DNA from: a virus
Lineage: Duplodnaviria; Caudoviricetes
Direction: 5' to 3' (one strand)
IMG/VR virus record: IMGVR_UViG_3300012983_000031
Span: 128,001 to 192,000 of that record
Length of the DNA stretch: 64,000 nucleotides
Made by a program: the position numbers and the translations under genes. The notes beneath the pieces were generated by a model that was not told where the DNA came from, searched no databases, and was given only the letters and a program-made list of their open reading frames with translations. This document shows, piece after piece, positions 38,046 to 51,058 of this stretch. Numbering within the stretch: the first letter of the stretch is position 1; each line of letters begins with the position of its first letter.

Positions 38046-39821
38046 TGAGTCAAAAAAACAAACAAAGCAAAAGCAAGAAGCAGTATGCGGATAATTTTTA
38101 TTATCCGTTTGTGAACCCGAACATTACTTACGGATTCTACAAGACATCGGAAGGTGATATTCGCAAGTCGAAATTCATCAAACTAAGTTTTCAAAGGAAA
38201 GATATTTATCACGCCGAAAACTCAAAGAGCGTTGTGTGCAAACTCAAATGTTACCTTTCATTTAACGTTCCAGATTTTATGGTTACGGAAATGATGAAAT
38301 TCACATCCTTTGAGGTTACAGGTGTTGCAATCTGTTCGGATGATGACACATTTGAACTTAACAAGGGAAAACTTATTGCCAGCGCAAAGGCGGAAAACGA
38401 GGCTTATCGAGTGGCAAGAAACATGTTGAAGACGATGCTCCAACAGTATGAGAACTTCCTTATTGGAGTTCGATCCCAGTTGGATATGTTTGAGTCGTTC
38501 AGCAAACATAACAACGATTTCATTGAAAGAGTTGTCGCTGAATAAGATAAAGGGGGATCTGTGATTCCCCTTTTTATTTTTCCTTTGTTAACATAAATTA
38601 ACAATAATAATTTGCTCATGTCAAATAAAGTTCGTATATTTGCATCAAATTTATATTGATTATGGTTACAAAGGAAATGATTGAAGAACTGAAGAAACAG
38701 GCAAAAGAGAAACTGGCTTACAAAAAGGCTCATAGAAGGGAGTTGATTATTAAGCACTTACAAGAAATGATGCCTTTTGATGATGAGCATATTTCAACGC
38801 CGCCTATTATTGATAAGGAAACGTATGATGAATATGTCATTCCTAACTTCATAAGGTGCGGTGCTATACCATCTTCTCAACTTATTGTTGGAAGAAAATA
38901 CTACGGCAGTTGCAGGAATGCGAGTGAAGCGGTCTGGCTCGGTGACAAGTTTGAATATAAGCGAACTAAATTCGGCTCAACATATACAGAGAAGATTAAC
39001 AACTTTGACAACGATGACGGTTACGATCTTTTCGTTCCAATTCGTGAAATAAAAACAGAAAATAATCCATAATATTTTTTGAAAAATAAAATGGTAAAGA
39101 ATTTGAAAAAGGAACCGAAAGACGGTGACATTCTGGTGCTAAAGAATAATCATAATATAATTTACAAATACAACGGAAATTATAATGGTTATGCGTCGTT
39201 CAAATACAATGCGTTTCATGTAGCACTTTGCTTTTGGGGAGAAAATGATGTTCCTACGGTGACGCATAAGGAGCATGACACAGAGGTTGTTTCCTACGGT
39301 GCTGAATGGGAGTTCGCAACTGATGAAGAAATAAAACGTTTTAATGAAGGTCTGGAACTTGCAACCGATCAAAAGTTTCGTGAACATGTTTATGAAAATG
39401 TGGATAATATTGCAGAGTTAATGACGGAACTTTATGAAATTGATACTGATGATGAAAGAATTAAAATCGTTCTGGACACAATAAAGTCAGGATGGATTGA
39501 AAAAATAATTAAAGATAAAGATAATTTCAAAAAATTAAAGTAGTTATGGAAAACGTTATTTATAACCAAGCATCCCAAACGTATATTGATACGATTAGAT
39601 CAATTAAGGAGGAATACAAAGAAACTATAAAGAAGATGGATGAAATCATCAAGGAAGCCTCCTTGAAGAAAGAGTTTTATGTTTCTTTTACAAAGAACAA
39701 TTTCCCTACAATCGAAGAAGATGCAAAATATCTTAAGATGTATTACATAGCAATGGGGTTCAATGTTGATTATTACATAGCGGATGTTAAAGGATCAACC
39801 CTTGTTATCAAGTGGAAATGA
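38046..39821 (+). CDS. four hypothetical proteins (38046-38545, 38662-39072, 39091-39543, 39546-39821)
   Basis: Co-directional ORFs in promoter-terminator units. Confidence 0.6.
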
Positions 39822-40076
39822 GTTCATTTCAATGTCTTTTATTTTTATAAGTTGGTGGGATCGCCGAAAGGCGATCCTTTTTTTGTTGATGCCGAGGCAG
39901 AAATCTGTCGTCAGGCGTGGTTTGATAATGTCAATGACATTACTTAAATTAAGTTGATGGAAAAATATTATTGATACGTTAACATCATTTAACCAAAATA
40001 ATTTGTCAGTTCAATAATAAATTTGTAACTTTGCAACATAATTCAATAAAGTATAAACCAATAAAACAAAAACAGA

Positions 40077-41220
40077 ATGAAGAAAGTTATAATCAATGCA
40101 AGTATGGCGAATGCGCTTGATAAGATTGCAACACGGTCAAAGATGAATGACTGGTTCATAATTCACACAGATGAAGAACATAACCTGTATGTGGATGTGG
40201 ATGATGTAATAACTTTGTTTGAAGGTGCAACAGAATTTGATCTATCTGCACTTAAAAGTATTGATGTATATAATATCATCGAACTTTTTTTGCGTATTCA
40301 TAAAAATTAAATAGAAATAATATGGAAAAGATTTATATTGTGATAGATGAAATCAAACGCAGATTGAATAATCTTGAAAAATGTAATACGGATAACCCTT
40401 TAATCAAACAGGATATTGGGTGCTATAAAAGTTTGCTTACGTTTATTAACTCCTTATAAAAATAAATTATGGGTACAACATTTTTTCAGGCATCGACGAT
40501 TTTGAAACACAAATTTCAGATGTGTACAATTTCCTGAACAACTGCAAGGAAACTGTAATCAACTATCTACGCAGCAAGGGCGGAAAGATTGAACTTTCTC
40601 CAATAGAGCAAACGAACTTCAAATTTTGCTTTCAGGAAATGGAAGGATTCTACACCGTAAAATCAATCGAACTCGACAAATCAGACGGGTATGTACTTAT
40701 CGTTGAGTCAAAATCAGGCGACACATACATAATCGCAGAGGATATTTTTCACACCGATCTCTACATTCAATCAACGATTATTGATAAAATTTTGAAGGAT
40801 AAATAACAAAAACATGTAACAATGAAAGGCGATTTTAGTATTTATATGGATGACCAAACAAAATTGTTTGGAATATCTGACAGCGACGGAAACATCATCG
40901 TTAACGCAAAATATGACTCTCTTAACGACATGGGAGAACTTTACACTATGCTCGTTCTTGGAGAAATAGATAAAATGTCAATTCCTGACAAGGAACAATG
41001 GCTTGAAGATAACGAAATCGAAACGTTAAGAGTGTGTGAAAACTGTGGCAAACTGATGCACGAAGGGTACACGCTCGCTGGCGAACACGCTTGTTCAGAT
41101 GAATGCGCAATCAATCTTTATGTTGACAGGAACGGAAACGTGCTGCCTAACGCAGAGGAACTGTTCAATGAGGACATCGAGAACAATGGTGATGATTGCT
41201 ACTGGACTGCATGGGAATGA
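40077..41220 (+). CDS. cassette of small hypotheticals (40077-40310, 40322-40459, ~40469/40522-40806, 40822-41220)
   Basis: Promoter near 40025, terminator near 41300. Confidence 0.55.
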
Positions 41221-41522
41221 AAATAATTTAGTTTTAATATGTTTCATTTCTTGAAAGGATAAACTACGTTTCATAATGATAAAAAACATTTTACATTTGC
41301 GGATCATCGAAAGATGATCCCTTTTTTTGTTGTGCTTCAATAAGTTAAAAATAAAATGCGTAAATATGGTAATGTCAATGACATTACTAAAACGCAAATC
41401 CTGGTGTTAACAAACGTTAAGAACCAATCACTGGAGTTCGACTTAACACCATTTAACAGAAATATTTTTGCCATGTCATTTTTTATTCCTACCTTTGCAG
41501 ACGTTTTTCAAATTAATATAAT

Positions 41523-42137
41523 ATGGTACTTACAACAAAATTTATCGAAGACAATTTCAGAAGATTTAATGCAGATTATTTTGACGGAAAACTTATAACA
41601 CCTATGTTCGCAGTAAGCAATAAAAAGATGGCGTTCGGTACATTACAGGTTGGCAATAAAAGATCGACAAAAGAAGTCACATATAAAATGAGTGTATCTG
41701 ATTACTACATAAGAAGCGAACAGGATATTCAGAATACAATCCTTCACGAAATGATCCACCTTTACATAAGACAGAACGGTCTTCGTGAAAGGGGTGATGC
41801 GCATGGTAAACTTTTCCAGTCGATTGCTGATAAGATAAATAAGCATGGTTGGAATGTTACCACAAAAACATCATCCAAGAATCTTGTTCCAAAAACAAAA
41901 ACGCTTTATAATATGGTCGCATTCATTGATGCAAACGGAAAACCGTTTCTAATGCGATACAGCAGAACAAAAAAGTCTAACTTGATACGTTGGTTTATCA
42001 AACAGGGTGTTGACGACAATAGCGTTATATGGTTTGTTTCAGATAACATCCATTATGACGGCTTCCCTTTGTGTGTAAAAAGAATCAGGGGAAAGTACAT
42101 CAGTGATGATGAATACAACGGCATTAAGAAAAGTTAA
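41523..42137 (+). CDS. SprT-like zinc metalloprotease
   Basis: TILHEMIH...AHG..F. Confidence 0.8.
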   Translation: MVLTTKFIEDNFRRFNADYFDGKLITPMFAVSNKKMAFGTLQVGNKRSTKEVTYKMSVSDYYIRSEQDIQNTILHEMIHLYIRQNGLRERGDAHGKLFQSIADKINKHGWNVTTKTSSKNLVPKTKTLYNMVAFIDANGKPFLMRYSRTKKSNLIRWFIKQGVDDNSVIWFVSDNIHYDGFPLCVKRIRGKYISDDEYNGIKKS

Positions 42138-42208
42138 CTAAAATATTTTGTTCAATACAAATAAAAGCGGTAACTTTGCAACAAAATAAAACTAAACATA
42201 AAACAATT

Positions 42209-45200
42209 ATGGGAACAAAAGTTTATTTCATTGAATATACTGGAAACCACACAGGGACACAGTACAACGATGATTTGGTAGGCATTGCCTTAAGTATGAC
42301 AGACGCAATCAATCTTATGTTTGACATCATACAACATGATCGGGAACTGTACGGAAATTTCATCAGCACAAAAGAAATGATTGAAGAAGATCGAAAATAT
42401 TTCCTGTCCGCTGGAAAAATGGATGAATATATCCGTTCGACAAAAGGTTACAGTTATACAGATGAAGCAGGAAACGTTAATAATGTATTGGGGTATTTCA
42501 GTTTCCGTATAAAGGAAAAAGTTATCTTTATAGGTAAGTATCAGGAAGACTGACCGATATCTTTAACATCATTTAACTAAAATAATTTGGTTATGTCAGA
42601 ATAAGTTCATAACTTTGCATCATCAGAATAAAAAATAGTATTAACCAACAAAAACAAAAACAATTATGGATAGTGAACTTATTTTCAACATGGCGGCGAA
42701 CAAAACAGTTTCCGAGATTAACAAGATGTATAATTACAGGAAACTCATTGACGATGTGCTGCCAGAAGCAATCAGGATGTACCTGTCAAGAAACTTGATT
42801 GATACGAATGAAAATAAAAAACTGTATTGCAGCATTTGCCTTGAAGGTGATGCACAGGGTCTTTCGTCGCTTGAGTTGCCAGAGGTTAAATCAATATGGC
42901 AAGATCCAGAAGAAGGAATAATATGGCTCGACATCTACGGTGCTGAACAGCCAATAGAACTTGATGACATTTATCTCGAAGATCAACTTTTAATCGTTAA
43001 CGAATTGAAGTTCGATGACAACAAAAATAAAATCCATTTCGTCAACGATAGAAGCGAAACACAACGTGGTGTTAAGTTGAATGACGGTCGTATCGTTTCA
43101 TTGTATGATGAAAATAACCAGTTCTACCTCCGTTTCGATGATGTAATCGATCTTGAAAAAGGAATTATTGTTTCTGGCTCAAAAGGCGTTCACCAACCAG
43201 AGTTGACAAAAGATGAACTCGCAAACGGTTACACTACGCTTAACAAACTCATTCGAGAAGGAAAGGCTGAAAAGGAAGAAGTTCATTGTTACGATGAATG
43301 CAGTTATGATGCAAGTGTGTGGCTTAATGAATATGAAAATGATTCAGAATGTATTGACATTAATGAAATTATTGATTATTTTGCAGAACATGGGTTCAAC
43401 GTTACCAAAGAAGCGTTGCAGCATAACATTGATGCGTGGAGTTCTGATTTCAAGTCAGGTTATCGTGATGATGAAAACGGCTATCATCTTTTTACACCGT
43501 GCGGCTGCAACAAACTTTCTTTCAAAGCAACATCACTTGATGCTAACTGCATCACATGGCAGTCAACATACGAAGTTTAACATTTTTTACTAACCAGAGG
43601 GTTGGGTTCGCCTGAAAAGGTTTCTGTTCTCAACCCTCATTATTAAAAAACATTATGGACATTTGAACGAACACGGCAAAAGTATTTTTGATAAAAGTTT
43701 TGACGATTAACATTTTTTAATCAAAATAATTTTGTCAGTTCAAATATTATCTGTAACTTTGCAACAGAAAAATAAAAAATAGTATCAACCAACAAAAACA
43801 AAAAGCAGTATGACTACAACATTGGAAAATGGAACGAAAATCGTTTCGAGTGTACTTACAGAAGACCAGCATAACGCTGCCGTTGAAATCATTAAAAAGA
43901 ACCTTCGCACGAACGGAAACTATACAGCCGTTGAAGCAGATGAAGAAATGGTGAAGGAGTGGGCTAAAAATTACAATGATGAAAGTGTTCTATTAAACGA
44001 TGCACTTGAACATTACGGTGACGTTTTCACCCTGATGGATCAAATCTCCTATGGTTTCGCACAACCTCTTGGTGAATTTGTCGTTTATTAATAAACTAAA
44101 AATCATACAGTTATGACAACAAAACAACTTATTGCCAGAGTCAAAAAGTACTTTCGTGTTAATGGTTCTATATCTCTAAAAGGTATGTCAGTTCACGAAA
44201 TGACACAAGGTATGGGAAAGATGATCAATCTCGACAGGCTTTGTGTGGATGATAACCAACTTGGAGTTATGGCTGTACAGAACTCATGGTTTATTCCTCT
44301 GGAAGAACTTACATTCAGCGAATTAAAGAACGTTCTAAAACATTTTTAAGAAATGAAAGTAGTAAAAAAGCATACAATATCTGATTTGACACACGAGAAT
44401 CTCGTGGATTTGTTCGCAACCGCCCTGTATGGATCGTCTTACTTGTATGCGTATTATGACGATGTGTTCTACAACTCATTGCCAGATGACAAAAAGCAAG
44501 GTGATTGTCTTGAAGACAAACTTGCAGACACCCTTTTGAACGGCGGAGAAATTTATTTTCTCGACTCCTATGCAGAAGGTGAACTGTACGGCGAACTCCA
44601 GAAAAAGGAAATTGTTGAAAGCGAGGATGGCTGCGAGGATGGCAAATACACTTTGACCTTGAAGGACATCATTGAAGGTCTGGAACATGCGGCGAACGGA
44701 ACGTATAAAAAATATAATGAGGATGAAGATTATGGTGAAACTGCGTTCGATTATTATGCCAAAGATTCCTCGGCATTTGATTTGACAGAAGCAGACATTC
44801 TCATTCAAATCATCCTGTTTAATGAAGTCGTTTACGGATAAGAATGAATGTGATATAAATAAGTCAAAGATCAATTAATGATGGGAAGGCTCCACAGCGG
44901 TGGATAAAGCCTTCCCTTTTTTTTGTTGTGTATCAATAAGTTACAACAAAGATTAAGACTGAATAACGTTGACAGGGGGTACCCGCAAAGTAATGTCATT
45001 GACATTACCAGTTCTGAAATGGTTCCAAGTTGGAACCAATTAAATTCAAATTATTAACAAAATTTAACTAAAATAATTTTGCAGTTTCAAATATTGTTTG
45101 TAAATTTGCATCACGATTAAATAAAGTATAAACCAGCAAAAACAAAAATCATTATGAGTAAGGTATTAAACAACACAGTCAGGTTCTACGGATACGGCAA

Positions 45201-45853
45201 CGAACTGACGATGAAGTTTTCCGACAGGGAAATGAAAGATCTCCGTTATTACACAATCCCGACTCGTGGTTATGACAGATCGAAATTGACATACGGCGAA
45301 CTGTATAATTTCTCCCTGCACGCGTTTTGCAGTCATGAACTCCGCAATTCATCAAAGGGTGGAAGGCTTGCCGCCGCTTTTCCATATCACAAGAACGAAA
45401 GGGTGATTTGGAACCTTGAACATCATTTTAATATAAACCAGTAAATCTTTTGAATGATGAAACATCTTAATGTAATAGTGTTGGCGATAGGAATTATATC
45501 ATTCCTAATTCCAGTTGTATTTTCATACATCAGGCTTAACGAACCAATGGATGAAACGGTTTCAGCGACATTACTGATTATTGGTTCTGCTTTGATTGTA
45601 ATTTCTTATGTATGGACTATAATCGAAAAATCAAATGACATTAAAAAAAATGAGCAATAAACTGTTTATATGTAGCATATCTCTGATTTTCGCTTCGCTT
45701 TTGCTCGCTGCAATATCAGTTGTTCTTGCTATGCTGTTTGAACTGTATGAAATTTCAATCACAATCGCAATGATAGGTCTTATTTCTGAGGTAATCGGTT
45801 TTGGGCTTTATATCGTCGCTTTGGTTAGAGATCCCTATTGTGATTTGTGGTGA
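42209..45853 (+). CDS. cassette-borne hypotheticals (42209-42553, 42666-43580, 43810-44091, 44113-44349, 44353-44841, 45154-45444, and membrane proteins 45454-45660 and 45650-45853)
   Basis: Each unit sits behind a copy of the repeated promoter-leader. Confidence 0.6.
42563..42668 (+). promoter_or_regulatory. example of the repeated ~100-bp promoter-leader module (about 29 full or partial copies, 35.6-63 kb)
   Basis: TTAACATCATTTAACTAAAATAATTTGGT.ATGTCA.AATAAGTTC.TAACTTTGCATCATC...AATAGTATTAACCAACAAAAACAAAAA..ATG; TTTG (-33) plus TAnnTTTG (-7); no Shine-Dalgarno. Confidence 0.85.
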
Positions 45854-45971
45854 AATTATTTTCAGCGGTTTAACATCATTTAACTAAAAGAATTTGGTGA
45901 TGTCAAAATAAGTCCGTAACTTTGCAACATCAAAATAAAAAACAACCAACAAACAAAAAACAAAAGACATT

Positions 45972-46805
45972 ATGGAGAATTACAAAAAGACTTTGAAAGA
46001 ATGTGGTTTCAATTACCTTGGCGGTCTTAAAAGATCAGCAAAGATGACGAAGTCGTTCAATCACAATGTAGCCACATACTGTGTGTACCTTGCACCAGCA
46101 AACATGGCTGGGAGAACTAAAAAGGGAACAAGAATCAATGTGTGTCCTATGAGCACACACTGTAAGGAACTCTGCCTTAATTCCTCTGGACACAATAAGG
46201 CTGACATCCTTTCGCATGGCAAAGAAAATTCCCGTCAGTCAGACATCAACAAGTGCCGTATCAAGAAAACGAAACTGTTCTACAACGACAGGGATTTGTA
46301 TATGGATATTCTTATCCATGAAATCACCCGTGATCGCAAATATGCACAGAACAACGGCATGGAATTTTCAGTTCGCCTCAACGGTACATCTGACCTTTCA
46401 CCTGAAATCATGTGCAAAGATGGAAAGAACATTCTTGAAATCTTCCCTGATGTTCAGTTCTACGACTACACCAAAGTCCCAAACAGAATTAAACTGATGA
46501 AACTTTATCCTAATTATGACATCACATTTTCGTTCGATGGCTACAACTGGGATACATGCGAGGAATTTCTTAACAACGGCGGCAAGGTTGCTGTGGTGTT
46601 CGACAGCGAAAAGATGCCAGCATACTATAAGGGATATAAAGTAGTGGATGCAAACGAATATGATATGCGCTACCTCGATCCAAATGGTTGCATTATGGGA
46701 CTGGAATTTCATCCAATCGTAAAGGATGGAAAAGTGATGAAAGCACAGGATGTTGACGATCCGTTTGTCATTAAGACACAAAACAATCCTGATGTGAAAT
46801 TCTGA
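45972..46805 (+). CDS. Gp88-family phage protein
   Basis: YLAPA..NVCP...C...CL; VRLNGTSD; QFYDYTK. Confidence 0.7.
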   Translation: MENYKKTLKECGFNYLGGLKRSAKMTKSFNHNVATYCVYLAPANMAGRTKKGTRINVCPMSTHCKELCLNSSGHNKADILSHGKENSRQSDINKCRIKKTKLFYNDRDLYMDILIHEITRDRKYAQNNGMEFSVRLNGTSDLSPEIMCKDGKNILEIFPDVQFYDYTKVPNRIKLMKLYPNYDITFSFDGYNWDTCEEFLNNGGKVAVVFDSEKMPAYYKGYKVVDANEYDMRYLDPNGCIMGLEFHPIVKDGKVMKAQDVDDPFVIKTQNNPDVKF

Positions 46806-46913
46806 TAACAAAACTTACATAAAACCATAACTAAACATATACATTTTGTTTTTTTGTTGGTTGGGTCGGCTCGGTGCTCCTTATGGTTCGAGCCGACCTG
46901 TTTTTTGCATCTT

Positions 46914-47024
46914 ATGAAATATGTTAACGAATGTTAACACCAGGAGGACAACTCTGGTAATGTCAATGACATTACTTGAAATTCGTCGCTGACGCGTTTT
47001 TTAATCGACACCTGTACAACTTAC
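46914..47024 (+). repeat. ~111-bp inverted repeat, left copy (partner 58580-58690)
   Basis: Near-identical reverse complements; each copy contains the 19-bp palindrome. Confidence 0.9.
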
Positions 47025-47169
47025 CAGATGATAATCAATAATGCAGCAGACAAAGAATTTGATGCCGTTTAACGTACTTTAACACAATATATTTGTTTAT
47101 TACAAATATTATCCGTAACTTTGCACCAGATTATAAATAAATCCGTGAGGATTAAATAACAATTTACTT

Positions 47170-48526
47170 ATGACAAAGACTGAAATAATGTACAGGATAA
47201 CCGATACTTTCGGAAAACCTGCAAGCCCGCTACCAAAAAAATGTAAGATGCTGGGCGTAAGAGTGTTCGCAGATAGAACCATTCTGATTGACGGCAACAA
47301 CCAATGCCGAAGGATTGAGTATTACACCAAAGACAAACTCGCCACAATACTTTATGAAATAGGAACTGACAAGGACAGGATCGATCTCCTGATGTCAAAG
47401 AATGTTTCACAAAAGATAGTGGATGACTATCAGAAGATAAAAAAGGATTGTTAATAAATAATGATTGAATTTTTAATTATGAATAATGAGTGTTTTGCCG
47501 TGCAGTTCGTGAGAATAGTACGGCATTTTTACATTCTTTAACTAAAATAATTTGGTAATGTCACAATAAGTTCGTAACTTTGCATTATAAAATAAAAAAC
47601 ATTATGAAACGAACAATAAAGCGAAAACAAAATCTGTACGATGTTGACTGCATATCCGAAGGAGGAGTGTGTTATGTTACACATTTGTTTTGTGACTGGG
47701 ATACAGTTAAATCATACAGGAGAATTGCACGAATGCTCGGCGAAACAATAAGATACGAGAAATCAGGAACTAAAGAATATACATACACATTATAAACCAA
47801 TTAAAAAACAACATCAACTATGACACCAATTAAAATGAACAATGTGGCTAATTACGAAGCAATTTCCGTAACGCTTACACCAGAAAGATTCCCAATCGCT
47901 TACAAGAACAAACTTGAAGAACTCATGGATGTTCAGGCGTTCGATACGATTGAAGAAGCGGAAGCGTGGATCAAGTCAACGCCGATTGAACTCGAACTGT
48001 ATTACGAAAACGGCTACGGGTTGTTCGGAGCAGAAGCGGAAGTAATCGAAGACGGATGGATCAGATCACCGTATTCAACAGCACCAGTTCTGGATGATGA
48101 CGAATATGAAATCGTCAAGAAGCAATCAGACCTGACAACGGATGAAATCGTCAATAAGGCGATTGAACTCGCACGTCAGCACAGATTGAGTGAGTTGAAG
48201 GATTTTGTATGCAACACAATCTAAAAAGGCATAAAAGGATTGAAGGTCATTCTTCAATCTTTTTTTGTGCGAATAAATAAATGGATAAAACAAACACCAG
48301 AAACAATATGGGAAATAGAACTATCAAAGATCTCTGTGGAAATGAATATTTCATACAGGAAGCAAAGGACAAAGGCGGAACATATCTTGAAGTTCACGAA
48401 GTCGTAAACGTGGATGGAAAGAAAATGAAGACATATCTTTGCGAACTCGGAATGTCACTTAAGGATGATGACAACGAAATACTGGATGAAATAGATGATT
48501 TGAAGGCGAAGTTCGTCAACGAATGA
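47170..48526 (+). CDS. cassette-borne hypotheticals (47170-47454, 47604-47795, 47820-48224, 48281-48526)
   Basis: Last + strand units before the convergence point. Confidence 0.6.
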
Positions 48527-48766
48527 CACAGGCGAACGGCACAAACACATAATAACTGGATGATCGATTTCTCGATCATCTTTTTTTGTTCAATGGCAGA
48601 ATCGGCATGGGGTGCCACCCTGTCGGTAATGTCAATGACATTACCAGACCTTCATCCCGTCGTCTTGGTTCGCTCTGGAGTTCGACAAAAAAACAAAAAG
48701 TCCGATCCTGTCATCACGACAGAACCGAACCACAAAATCTAAATACTAACTAAATTATCTAACCGA

Positions 48767-49222
48767 TTATTTTATCTTTACGAACTTTAACGTGTCGGAA
48801 ACGTATTCACCATATTCATTCAGGTAATATGTCGATCCCTTTGGAATGATGCAATCGCAAATGAAATCATTCGCCATTGCCATCATCAGATAATGTTCCT
48901 TCATGTTATCATCAACTGTACAAAAACCATCACAATTACGAACTATCTTTTTGCATGAGTGAATACCGTAATTAATTTTATACTTTTTTTCGATCGGATT
49001 TTCAGGATAAATGTAATGGGGATAAATGTAATTGTCGTATGGATACTTGTAACTTTCCTCTGGAGTTTCAAGATAAGATGTGTTTGGCAAACTTTTCTTC
49101 CATTTATATGTACCGAAACATGGAGAAACCAAACCATAACTTGTACGGTGTAGAACCTTCTGCACCTTGATGTTCCTTTCAGCAACCTGTTTGACAGGCT
49201 TGTTTTTTGTAACCCAACACAT
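48767..49222 (-). CDS. MCW-family phage protein, paralog 1
   Basis: MCWVT..GIHS..C.IPKGSTYYLNEYGEYVSD. Confidence 0.7.
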   Translation of the reverse strand: MCWVTKNKPVKQVAERNIKVQKVLHRTSYGLVSPCFGTYKWKKSLPNTSYLETPEESYKYPYDNYIYPHYIYPENPIEKKYKINYGIHSCKKIVRNCDGFCTVDDNMKEHYLMMAMANDFICDCIIPKGSTYYLNEYGEYVSDTLKFVKIK

Positions 49223-49382
49223 AATATTATTTGATTTTAATTTGATGATGCAAAGTTAAAAATAATTTTTGAAGAATCCAAAAAATTTTTCTTAAAAAAT
49301 ATTAAAAAATTCTGGATTAAATTTTACAATTCGATCCAGAACCAAAAACGAAAATGTTTTTAACCTTGCCAAGTTGATATGA

Positions 49383-49925
49383 TTATTTATTTCCGAAAAT
49401 GTTATACAGCCTAAATTTCTGGAACCAGAAACCTTTTGGAACCATGTTCTTTCCGTACTTGTTCTTTCCGTTTTCAAGAATGTGCCGTGAAACGATTTCA
49501 CCCTGAAACGAAAGTTTATGAATTTCAAATGTGTTCTTGTAATCATAATGGTAACTGTCAATCACAATCACACCATTATCAAGAACAATCTTGAAATCAT
49601 TTGATCCGTTTATACATTTCATCACGGCATTATACAATGAGTTGTTAAACTGATCACCCTCCATCCTTAAAGGATATATCGGCTTCTCATTCTCGCCTAT
49701 GTATATCGAACCAGTAATGAGAACAGGATCGTTGTACGATTTTATGTTTTCAAGAAAATCCTTGATTATATACTTTCGTTCATCATATTTCCATGCTTTG
49801 AACGCAACACCGTTCTCCAAGTCTGGAGTTCGCTGTGAATCCATGCAGAACTTGACATAACTCTCATACGATAAGTTCAAGTTCTTTGTGTCGATTAATG
49901 TTGTTAAACTGTTTAATTTTGGCAT
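49383..49925 (-). CDS. hypothetical protein
   Basis: Cassette ORF starting MPKLNS. Confidence 0.6.
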   Translation of the reverse strand: MPKLNSLTTLIDTKNLNLSYESYVKFCMDSQRTPDLENGVAFKAWKYDERKYIIKDFLENIKSYNDPVLITGSIYIGENEKPIYPLRMEGDQFNNSLYNAVMKCINGSNDFKIVLDNGVIVIDSYHYDYKNTFEIHKLSFQGEIVSRHILENGKNKYGKNMVPKGFWFQKFRLYNIFGNK

Positions 49926-50118
49926 ACTGTTATGTATTTTAATCTGATGCAAAGGTACGAATTATATTATAAACTGCCAAAAAATTTTAGTTAAAAAATG
50001 TGAAAAGTTTTGAAAAAAGATCTGGAAAAAATTCTGGAAAAAGTAATGTCATTGACATTACATCGCTGGCGAACTTCACCGATGACTCATATCCGAAACC
50101 TGACAAAATGTCATAATA

Positions 50119-50155
50119 AAAAAAAGTTCGGCTACCTGTCACAGGCAACCGAACA
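50119..50155 (-). terminator. repeated intrinsic terminator family (also near 48695, 52121, 52376, 54812, 56357, 59954)
   Basis: GTTCGG(T/C)T...GTGA...AGCCGAAC hairpin followed by a U-run on the minus strand. Confidence 0.75.
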
Positions 50156-50203
50156 CAATCACTATAACTTTATTATTATTATGAATACTTAAATAACTTT
50201 AAT

Positions 50204-50956
50204 CTATTCCTCTATTTTTGGAACATCTTCTTCATCAATATACACATACGTTCCAAGTTCCTCGTCGTAACGGTAATCACATTCATACTCTGGATGCGTT
50301 GAGAAATAAAGTTCATACGCACGCTTTGATTCACTATCTGGATATTCGCAATCCACAAGCACACCGCCCTCATACACGCCTGTACCAGTGTTGTATGATG
50401 TATCTTCGTCAGCATAAACGAACTCCACACGAACGTCAGGGAACAACTCTGACAGTTTCTGTATAATCGGATCGGGGAAATTCCAAGCCGTTTCAAAATT
50501 CACCTCCGAAAGTTCGCCGTTTATGTCATACACGATGTTCGACTCTAAAGCGTTCCATTTCGTTCCCCAGTTATGGATTCTCCAACTGTACCAGTCTTTA
50601 TGACCGAACTTCACGATGTTTTCCATGTACTTCTTTCCAAGTTCTATTGATGCCTTGAAAGATTCTGGATTATCTGCCTTCTGCTTTTCAATAGACCTCA
50701 TGAACTCAATTTCATCCTGATTCCAAGTGATCGGATGCTTTGCTTTCAAAAGAAGGTAACGCATACCAAAATCACCTTGAGTACCAGATGTGATGTTAAG
50801 TTCCTCTGGCATTGGAATAATCTTGTTGAAATCGAACACGCAGCCAACGATGTTGTTTTTGTCGTTGATCGTTTCTGTCTTGACTAATTCGTCAAGTTTC
50901 TTGATTTGCTCTTTGTCACCTGAAAACGAAAGGCGTACTCGGATATAATTTGGCAT
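50204..50956 (-). CDS. DUF1281/YubB ferredoxin-like domain protein
   Basis: MPNY..FDFNKIIPMPEEL..WY.WR..NWGTKWNA..FETAW. Confidence 0.75.
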   Translation of the reverse strand: MPNYIRVRLSFSGDKEQIKKLDELVKTETINDKNNIVGCVFDFNKIIPMPEELNITSGTQGDFGMRYLLLKAKHPITWNQDEIEFMRSIEKQKADNPESFKASIELGKKYMENIVKFGHKDWYSWRIHNWGTKWNALESNIVYDINGELSEVNFETAWNFPDPIIQKLSELFPDVRVEFVYADEDTSYNTGTGVYEGGVLVDCEYPDSESKRAYELYFSTHPEYECDYRYDEELGTYVYIDEEDVPKIEE

Positions 50957-51058
50957 AATTCTTTTTTTGATTTTGTTGGTTAATACTATTGTTTTTTAAT
51001 TACGATGCAAAGTTACGAATAATATTTGAACTGGCAAAATTATTTTAGTTAAACGATG

